Origin: an uncultured Gammaproteobacteria bacterium
Lineage (GTDB): Bacteria > Patescibacteriota > Patescibacteriia > Magasanikbacterales > GWA2-37-8
Assembly (NCBI GenBank): GCA_964596525.1
Contig: CAZQUL010000001.1
Span: 12,830 to 76,829, forward strand
Length of the DNA: 64,000 nt
Direction: 5' to 3'
Positions within the stretch are counted from its first letter, which is position 1; the number at the start of each line of letters is the position of its first letter. The notes below the pieces were generated by a model. It was given only the letters and a program-made list of their open reading frames with translations. It searched no databases and had not been told where the DNA came from. A program made the translations under genes and the position numbers. Shown here one piece after another: positions 57,200-64,000 of the stretch.

Positions 57200-57685
57200 C
57201 TAGAAAACGTAATTCCACCAGTTATCTTTGAAGGATTTGCCAAAACTAGTCCAAAAACCGCCTGTACCGTAGCCCGGGCCAACGGAACCACTTGAGGGCG
57301 CACCCGACGTAAGCGCAACGACACCTACCAAGAAGGCCGACAAACCATAGGCCGCCATTACCACGACAAGACCCATAGTAGAGGTCTTAATGATATCTTT
57401 TGCCTTATCGACCTGACCTTCATCACCCTGCGCCGTGAGCCACAAGAAACCGGCGTATACGAGCAGGATGAAAAAAATAGTACCGATAAGCGACATGGCG
57501 ATGCGGATGATGCGGCCGATGGTTTCGGACAAGGTCGTATCCGTCACTTGTTTAACATCGTAACCGCTTTTTCCAGCCACTTCTTCGGTTAAACTCATAA
57601 TGTCCGGCTGAGCCAGAGAAACGACCGGCAAAGCGAAGGCGGTCGTAGCTACAACACCGAGAATAAGGCGCGATACTTTTGTCAT
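57200..57685 (-). CDS. CPR VirB2/TrbC-like pilin
   Basis: YAGFLWLTAQGDEGQVDKAKDII...MGL. Confidence 0.88.
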   Translation of the reverse strand: MTKVSRLILGVVATTAFALPVVSLAQPDIMSLTEEVAGKSGYDVKQVTDTTLSETIGRIIRIAMSLIGTIFFILLVYAGFLWLTAQGDEGQVDKAKDIIKTSTMGLVVVMAAYGLSAFLVGVVALTSGAPSSGSVGPGYGTGGFWTSFGKSFKDNWWNYVF

Positions 57686-57693
57686 ACCAGAAA

Positions 57694-58104
57694 TTATTTA
57701 GCGGCCGTTGAAGAGGCCGGAGCAGCCGCTCGGGTCAAGCGATTGCCGACGAAGTAGGTTACCGAGTAGGCCGACAGTGTAATGATAAGACCCATGACGC
57801 ATGCCTTTATGATTGACTGCGCTTTTTCGATTTTTCCTTCATCGCCCTGAGCTGTCATCCAGAGAATGCCGGCGTAAATGGTGAGCAGGAAGAAGATGGT
57901 ACCGGTAATCGCCAGCACACCGCGCACCACGGTACCTATCGTACCGGTCAAATCACGGCTCAAGCCCGTACCGCTTTTATCACCCACAGCTTTATCGAGA
58001 TTACTCATTGCCTTGTCGAGCTGGGCGTGGGTAAAAGAAACCGGAGCTAAAGCCATAATACCGGCTACGAGCGAAACAGTGAGAAACGAGAAGAAACGGC
58101 GCAT
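57694..58104 (-). CDS. CPR VirB2/TrbC-like pilin
   Basis: YAGILWMTAQGDEGKIEKAQSII...MGL. Confidence 0.88.
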   Translation of the reverse strand: MRRFFSFLTVSLVAGIMALAPVSFTHAQLDKAMSNLDKAVGDKSGTGLSRDLTGTIGTVVRGVLAITGTIFFLLTIYAGILWMTAQGDEGKIEKAQSIIKACVMGLIITLSAYSVTYFVGNRLTRAAAPASSTAAK

Positions 58105-58158
58105 AAAAAGTTATATAATTAACACTAATGAAGAGGAGTAAAAGCAGGCTAAGAGATA

Positions 58159-58713
58159 TTAATTTCCCACATCAACGCAACGAGCATTGTCAGTTCCTTC
58201 GTTTATCCACGCACATATCGAAGCATTCGCATTGGTGTTTTCGGCAAGACAGGAATCACGCGTAACGTTGATGACACACGAGACATTATTTCCAGCCGCA
58301 CTTGAGGCAGCAGCGTTACGGGATAACTGATCGAAGACGAACTGAGTAATAGCGTACGCAGCCAAAACGATCACCAAACCGATAACCGAAGCTTCCATGA
58401 TACTTTTCGCTTTGCTGATACTGTCTTCGCTGCCGCGAGCCGTCATCCAGAGAATGCCGGCGTAAAAGATGAGTCCAAAGAAAACGATACCCAAAAAGCC
58501 CAACACCGCACCAACCAACGTACCGACCAGCTCGGGAACGGTGCCTGCGCCGGCTATTTTAGAAGGTAAAAGATTCGCGTTGCCGCGATTAACTTCTTGG
58601 ACCGTAAGAGACAGGCCGTAATCTTTTTTCTGTTGCGCATGAGCGCCAGAAAACGGCAGGACAAGTGAGGCAAGCCCTACCACAAGGCTGCCGATGACAA
58701 GCATTTTTTTCAT
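58159..58713 (-). CDS. CPR VirB2/TrbC-like pilin with a C-terminal 4-Cys domain
   Basis: YAGILWMTARGSEDSISKAKSIM..SVIGL followed by a C..C..C..C tail. Confidence 0.88.
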   Translation of the reverse strand: MKKMLVIGSLVVGLASLVLPFSGAHAQQKKDYGLSLTVQEVNRGNANLLPSKIAGAGTVPELVGTLVGAVLGFLGIVFFGLIFYAGILWMTARGSEDSISKAKSIMEASVIGLVIVLAAYAITQFVFDQLSRNAAASSAAGNNVSCVINVTRDSCLAENTNANASICAWINEGTDNARCVDVGN

Positions 58714-58847
58714 ACCGTACAAGGTCCTAAATGAAGAAGGTAATGCCCCGAAAAGTTGGGTCTTTGCGAAGCACTCTCTTCTTCAAACCCCTCAGTCCGA
58801 GGGAGTGGCGGCCGCACACCCCCTCGAACATAAGAGAGATTCTCGTT

Positions 58848-59264
58848 TTAGAGTCCTGAGCCCGTAGTACCGGTACCTGTCGTTGCCGCTACGAGCTGGT
58901 TGATGATGAAGCTGGTAAGGGCGTAAGCCATGAGGATGATAGCCAAACCGATAGCCGATCCGGTGATCCAAGCTTTAGCCTGAGCAGTCTGGTCTTCGTT
59001 GCCTCCGGCGGTCATCCAAAGGAAACCGGCGTAGAGCATGATAACTACCATGACGGTAGCGATAAGACCAAGAAGGGCTTTGATAATGTTGGAAACCACG
59101 ATGCGGAAATCACGGTCCGGGAGCCCCGTAGCCTTGATCTGCGAGACACCGAAGGTGTCAGCAGTTACCGATTGAGCGGAAGCCGTCGAGACAAACGTCC
59201 CAGCGGAAGCTACGAGCGTCAAACCCATTACGAAAGCGGTCATGAGTTTTTTGGTTGTGGACAT
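58848..59264 (-). CDS. CPR VirB2/TrbC-like pilin, probable major subunit
   Basis: YAGFLWMTAGGNEDQTAQAKAWI..AIGL; the only pilin with an SD (GGGAGGTGA) and its own upstream TTGACA promoter. Confidence 0.88.
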   Translation of the reverse strand: MSTTKKLMTAFVMGLTLVASAGTFVSTASAQSVTADTFGVSQIKATGLPDRDFRIVVSNIIKALLGLIATVMVVIMLYAGFLWMTAGGNEDQTAQAKAWITGSAIGLAIILMAYALTSFIINQLVAATTGTGTTGSGL

Positions 59265-59441
59265 ACTGTCACCTCCCTTCGTGATAAAGCTAGGTATGGC
59301 ATGCCGTCATCCGACACACCGCTGACACAATCTTTTGAGCTTGTGCCAATGGTGTTTCTGATGATCTAAACGGCCTATGCTAGCATGATTTAGTAATTTT
59401 GTCAAGTATCCTGAGAAGCGTCCTCATTGTAGCATGTTTTT

Positions 59442-59882
59442 TTACTTCGCGCCAGTCAGATAATCCAGATAGGTGCCAAGCAGGATGTAGCTCGCTAAAA
59501 TAACGAGCACGCCAATGACGGCCCACATCATGGTCTTGCTCCCCTGCGCAATCTGGTCGCTATTTCCAGCTGCAGTAAGCCACATGAAACCGCCCCATAC
59601 CACCATCATGAGCGTTAAGGAACCCATGATAAGAAGCACGAACTGAATAAAACCACCGACTTGGGCAAAGATGTTAGTGCCGCGCGACTGGAGCGGATTG
59701 GGAATTGTGGTGCATGTGCCAACACCATCAGGGCACGGTGCGCTATTGGTGGCGTTGAAACCAGGCGTATTGGCATTCGGAAGCGACGTGGTCTGTGCCA
59801 GAACGGCGGAGCCGGATAATGCACCAACAAAAACGAGCGCGGTAATGAAGAGGCGGGGTGCGCGATGCACAAAAGATAGCAT
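59442..59882 (-). CDS. CPR VirB2/TrbC-like pilin
   Basis: IPNPL...WGGFMWLTAAGNSDQIAQGSKTMMWAVIG. Confidence 0.88.
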   Translation of the reverse strand: MLSFVHRAPRLFITALVFVGALSGSAVLAQTTSLPNANTPGFNATNSAPCPDGVGTCTTIPNPLQSRGTNIFAQVGGFIQFVLLIMGSLTLMMVVWGGFMWLTAAGNSDQIAQGSKTMMWAVIGVLVILASYILLGTYLDYLTGAK

Positions 59883-59892
59883 AAAGTAAGAA

Positions 59893-60855
59893 TTATCCAA
59901 CGGTATCAAAGATGAACTTAACGATAAGCGAACTGCCAAGCATAGCCACTACGCCAAGCGTTGTCCATACGATGATCGTTTTCGCTTTATCGATGCGATC
60001 GCCATTGCCTGCAGCTGTCATCCACAAGATACCGGCCCAGACATAGAGCGCAAGAGCAAAAGAACCGATGAAGGCCAAAAAGACATTGATGATCTGAGCA
60101 ATAACTTCGGTGATCGTGCGGAATTTGGTTTGATTAAGTACGCTTGCTTCTTGCGTTAAGTTGATATTCCCCTGCAAAGCATCTTGCTGGGTTTGATCTT
60201 CGGCGTCGCGGAGATTCTCTTCTTGGTTGACACGCGCTTGGAAGGCCTGGCACCCAGCACCGCGGGCGATAACGTCTTTATATTTGGGATATGTCGTGCC
60301 AGTGAACGGACGGTAATCTTGGCCAAAAGAAGCGCAGGAAGGCGTAAATTTAAGGGCATCGCCCTCTTGATCATAGTCGACAGCTCTGCTGCAATCTGAT
60401 AAACGCCCACCTTGATTTCGGCAGCAGCAGAACGGGTCGAGATAGTTGCATTTTTTGGCAAAATCTTCTCCATCTCGGCTGCCACCATACCACTGCACCT
60501 CACCTACTTTTATGTCGCAACCATTTTCATTAGACGAATAGAGGAGTGGATATCGATTATACGGTTTGTCATCGACGGACTTACGCAAAACTTCAAAGAG
60601 AGGCAGGTCGTCAAAAGTATTAAAACTCATCCATTTATAACTTCGTTTGGCACCACCATCAATTTTAAAGTCAATTTCACAATAGCATGCACCGACGCAG
60701 GTTGACGGATCCCGACATTCATCGTCGTATACCTCTCTAACTCCTGACAGGTCATTAACGATGTAGGCAGCCTGAATAGATTGTGGTTTGAAAAAACCGC
60801 CGATCAAGAAAAATAGGCCCACGATGACAATCAACCTGACAAGACGTTGTACCAT
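59893..60855 (-). CDS. Pilin with a large N-terminal Cys-rich extracellular domain
   Basis: C-terminal WAGILWMTAAGNGDRIDKAKTIIVWTTLG core; Cys-rich N-terminal half. Confidence 0.85.
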   Translation of the reverse strand: MVQRLVRLIVIVGLFFLIGGFFKPQSIQAAYIVNDLSGVREVYDDECRDPSTCVGACYCEIDFKIDGGAKRSYKWMSFNTFDDLPLFEVLRKSVDDKPYNRYPLLYSSNENGCDIKVGEVQWYGGSRDGEDFAKKCNYLDPFCCCRNQGGRLSDCSRAVDYDQEGDALKFTPSCASFGQDYRPFTGTTYPKYKDVIARGAGCQAFQARVNQEENLRDAEDQTQQDALQGNINLTQEASVLNQTKFRTITEVIAQIINVFLAFIGSFALALYVWAGILWMTAAGNGDRIDKAKTIIVWTTLGVVAMLGSSLIVKFIFDTVG

Positions 60856-60859
60856 ATAA

Positions 60860-61582
60860 TTATTGCAAACGGAATTGTTGGCTGAGACCCAGAGCATCGG
60901 CCAAGATGGTAATGAGAAGATACGCACCGAAGACAACCGCGAGACCGATGACCGCGGCCACCATGGTATTCTTACCCGATTCGATCATGTCAGAACTGCC
61001 GCGCGAAAGAATGAACTTGAAGCCGCCGATGAGGAAAGCGACAAGGGCGATGCCACCGACAAGGCCGAGCAGCAAATTGGCCAGATCGATAGCCAGTTTG
61101 ATGAAAATACGCACGTCTTTGCACTCGCCACGGACCGTGCTTTCGAATACGCAGGCAGGCATGATGCGCTGCAAAATACCGGTTTGACCATTACTTTGCG
61201 CTTCAACGTTCGTCTGGTTTTTCTTGCTCACGAGGAGCCGGGCAGCATCTTGCAAGGTGGCGGTTTTAAAGTTACGGACTTTTACCGAACACGCTTCAGC
61301 GTTAGGCTGAAATTCACAGGTGGTGTATTTGCTGTTAATAGCCGGATTGCCCGGAGCACACGAAGTGGCATCGGCTTCAAAACATTCCGCGTCAAAACGA
61401 TTGGCATCATCGAATATGCTCACGTCGGTTTCTTGGACTACAGCATCTTCGGGAAACTTAAAGACATAGCAATAACAGGAACCGGCTGCCTGCGCGCCCT
61501 GAGCATTCCCTAACAGCCCTGCCAACAAGGCGAAGGCAAGAAGAGAACTAGAAACTAAACGGCGAAGAAGAAACATAGGCAT
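60860..61582 (-). CDS. Pilin with an N-terminal Cys-rich domain
   Basis: IGGFKFILSRGSSDMIESGKNTMVAAVIGL core; CYC...C...C N-terminal domain. Confidence 0.85.
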   Translation of the reverse strand: MPMFLLRRLVSSSLLAFALLAGLLGNAQGAQAAGSCYCYVFKFPEDAVVQETDVSIFDDANRFDAECFEADATSCAPGNPAINSKYTTCEFQPNAEACSVKVRNFKTATLQDAARLLVSKKNQTNVEAQSNGQTGILQRIMPACVFESTVRGECKDVRIFIKLAIDLANLLLGLVGGIALVAFLIGGFKFILSRGSSDMIESGKNTMVAAVIGLAVVFGAYLLITILADALGLSQQFRLQ

Positions 61583-62988
61583 TAGAAGGTCTGATCAATT
61601 TTGGCGGCGGCACGATTGAGGATGGCCTGATACCAACGGCCCGGTTCTTGGCCTTCGGGAAGCGGTACCTGCCATTCGTTGATCATGTCGGAAAGGGCTT
61701 TGACGGCAGCTTCATAATTGGTTCCTTTGTACCAGTTGCGGGCAACGAGGATATGGGTGACGAACGGGAAAAGATTGGGGTTCTCGAGCTGGGTGCCGAC
61801 ATAGGTGCGCAGCGCGGTGGGGCGCTCGGTTTTGTCGAGGTATTCTTTGGTGGCCGGTGAATGGGCAATGTAGTCGATAAACGCCCAGGCTGCTTCTTGG
61901 TCCGGAGATTTTTTGGTAACGGTCTGGACCCAGTAATTAGCTACGTTGCGGGCCCGATCCGGGTCGATCTGGAAGAGCGGAATGATACCAAAATTGAGCT
62001 GCGGGGCGCGCGCCTTAATGACTGGCAAGTGATAATTATATCCAAAGAAGAACGCCAAGGAACCGTTAGTGAACGCATCGAGGGCGCTCGGCAAACTGGA
62101 GGACCAGCTGTAGGTTTCGGCAGCCGGATTGGCAAAGTCGGCGTAAAAGTTGAGGATATTGTACGCTGGCGGTTGCTCTTCGTAGGCCAGCGTGCGTGGC
62201 GGCAGCTGGAACGTAGGGCGGCCGGCTTTGTCGACAAAACTAAGACGGTTTTGCTCAAAAAGAGTGAACAGAATATCGTCAGCACCCGGAATATTGTTGC
62301 CGGTGCCGAGCGCTACGCCGGACTGGAGGATTTTGCCGTCCTTATCGATTTTGCTGATTTTTTGCACGGCGGCTTGCAGTTCGGACCAGGTTTTGGGCAC
62401 TTCGGGAATACCGGCGCGATCGAGGATGTCGCGATTATAATAGACCGCAAGAGAATCGAGCGATAAGGGCAAACCGTAAATCTGATTATCAAAAACTACG
62501 TCTTCGGCGACAGCCGGAACATATTCATTAACGAGCTGTGGAACCGTGAGCAAGCGGCGTGCGCCGGGAACAACCGTAGATTTGCTATCAAAAGAGCTGC
62601 CAGAACTGATGACGCGGTTATCCGGAACTTCGAGCGGCATGGTGGCCAGCTTGGAGCGCATGAGCGGAAGGGAGCGGTTGCGCAGAGAAACGATATCTGG
62701 ACCGCGGTCTTCGGCCAATTCTTCGATAAGGCGCTGGTAGAGCTCTTCGGGGCGGAGCTGGCGGATAGTAATGGAGATGTGGGGGCGCTCAGCCTGGAAC
62801 GCAGCTGCGAGTGCTTTGAGCTGATCCACATCGTCATAGACCGTCCAGTATTCGAGCTGTGCTGGTTTGACCGCTGCCGCCTGCTCGGCCTGTTGCGTGG
62901 ATTTGCAGCCCAAACCAGTGAAGGCGAGGATGCCTATGAGAAGGATGGCAAGGAGAGAATTTTTCTTAACGCTTTGATGCCTTAGCAT
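61582..62988 (-). CDS. Extracellular solute-binding protein (family 1)
   Basis: GLGC signal; GPDI, IYGLPLSLDSLAVYYN, PKTWSEL and AAWAFI motifs. Confidence 0.9.
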   Translation of the reverse strand: MLRHQSVKKNSLLAILLIGILAFTGLGCKSTQQAEQAAAVKPAQLEYWTVYDDVDQLKALAAAFQAERPHISITIRQLRPEELYQRLIEELAEDRGPDIVSLRNRSLPLMRSKLATMPLEVPDNRVISSGSSFDSKSTVVPGARRLLTVPQLVNEYVPAVAEDVVFDNQIYGLPLSLDSLAVYYNRDILDRAGIPEVPKTWSELQAAVQKISKIDKDGKILQSGVALGTGNNIPGADDILFTLFEQNRLSFVDKAGRPTFQLPPRTLAYEEQPPAYNILNFYADFANPAAETYSWSSSLPSALDAFTNGSLAFFFGYNYHLPVIKARAPQLNFGIIPLFQIDPDRARNVANYWVQTVTKKSPDQEAAWAFIDYIAHSPATKEYLDKTERPTALRTYVGTQLENPNLFPFVTHILVARNWYKGTNYEAAVKALSDMINEWQVPLPEGQEPGRWYQAILNRAAAKIDQTF

Positions 62989-63022
62989 AGCGTTAATACG
63001 GAAGATAAAAACAGTGGGCTTA

Positions 63023-63889
63023 TTATATCACACTCTTTAGGAACTTCCTAAAATCGGGAGCTAGCTTTTTGTCACGGAGGGCAAAATCGACGTTGGCTTT
63101 GAGGTAGCCGAGCTTGGAACCAGTGTCGTAATGGATTCCTTCTACCTTGCACGCATATACCGCGCGCTGCTTGATAATCTTGGCAATCGCATCGGGGAGC
63201 CAGATTTCGCGGTCTTTGCCGGGTTTGGTTTTTTCAAGTGCAGGGAAAATATCGGGCGTAAGGATGTAGCCACCGAGGCACGCGAGGCGCGAGGCGGTTT
63301 TTTCGGGACCGGGTTTTTCAATGAGACTCGAAACTTGCGCGATTTTGGAGGTAACAGGCTCGGCTTCGATAATACCGTATTTCTTGGTTCCTTCATCATC
63401 AACATTAAAGGCGGTTAAAACCGGATTTTGATACCGCTCATACACTTCGATGAGCTGTGCCAAATGGGGTTTTTTGGGCGAATAGAAAAACTCATCGCCC
63501 CAGACGACGGCAAAGGGTTCGTCGCCGACGAGGTTCTTGGCGCAGAGAACGGGCGTACCGTTACCATACGGACCTTTCTGGCGGATAAAGACGAAATTCG
63601 CCAGATCGGTGATGCGCTCAATCTCTTCGGCCTGCTCGTATTTGCCCTGTTTTTTGAGCCAGTTAACGAGTTCGGAATTGGGGCTAAAATGGTCTTCGAT
63701 GGCGCGTTTGTTGGCGCCGGTGACGAGAATGATGTCTTTGATACCGGATTTAACGGCGTCTTCTACCACGTACTGAATAGTCGGTTTATCGACGATGGGC
63801 AGCATTTCTTTGGGCTGGGCTTTGGTGGCCGGAAGAAAACGCGTGCCGAGGCCGGCGACCGGAATGATGAGTTTGCGGACGGAAGACAT
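63023..63889 (-). CDS. galU: UTP--glucose-1-phosphate uridylyltransferase
   Basis: PVAGLGTRFLPATKAQPKEMLPIVDKP, IEKP and YDTGSKLGY motifs; start reset to MSSVRK. Confidence 0.95.
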   Translation of the reverse strand: MSSVRKLIIPVAGLGTRFLPATKAQPKEMLPIVDKPTIQYVVEDAVKSGIKDIILVTGANKRAIEDHFSPNSELVNWLKKQGKYEQAEEIERITDLANFVFIRQKGPYGNGTPVLCAKNLVGDEPFAVVWGDEFFYSPKKPHLAQLIEVYERYQNPVLTAFNVDDEGTKKYGIIEAEPVTSKIAQVSSLIEKPGPEKTASRLACLGGYILTPDIFPALEKTKPGKDREIWLPDAIAKIIKQRAVYACKVEGIHYDTGSKLGYLKANVDFALRDKKLAPDFRKFLKSVI

Positions 63890-64000
63890 AGTGAAGGCAG
63901 TAAAAGATAGCTCAAGTTTAACAAACAAACGAACGACGAGCAATAAACGAACAAAGTTCGGGATATCTTGACATAGTTTTGGAGCCGTGCCAAGGTGATT

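Noticed and set aside
1-64000. CRISPR array, diversity-generating retroelement, IS element or rRNA
   Set aside because: No regularly spaced repeats, reverse transcriptase, transposase or rRNA signatures were seen by eye.

Overview
This looks like a chromosomal segment of a Patescibacteria (CPR) bacterium, probably Parcubacteria/ABY1-like. That assignment is inferred from the tandem VirB2/TrbC-type pilin array next to a split comEC, the rpsO-NYN-pnp order, a NUDIX-fused LeuRS and SD-less core genes. The genetic code is standard (table 11). Housekeeping genes include pnp, rpsO, leuS, mutM, rnj, secG, hup, rny, infB, trxA, galU, ribA and four tRNAs. They are interleaved with about 27 mostly ORFan genes that use different expression signals: usually their own sigma70-type promoter, a canonical GGAG/GAGG Shine-Dalgarno (SD) sequence and often their own terminator. 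Core genes almost all start at an SD-less pyrimidine-rich '...tATG'. The SD-led class includes myxobacteria-like secreted lipoproteins (three tandem TSP3-repeat paralogs and a Kelch lipoprotein), a Tat-signal protein, a family of three small Cys-rich secreted proteins, a SLATT-like protein and a possible sigma54 mimic. Together these suggest a host-derived or host-directed gene set. A 1.5-kb region without credible genes (21749-23236) holds two divergent transcripts, each bounded by a promoter and terminator. One is a ~0.9-kb GC-rich structured RNA carrying strong SDs and micro-ORFs; the other is a ~165-200-nt rod-shaped 6S-like RNA. I also found a candidate R-S-E ADP-ribosyltransferase and in-frame palindromic insertions in leuS. 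All calls come from reading motifs by eye; no searches were run.
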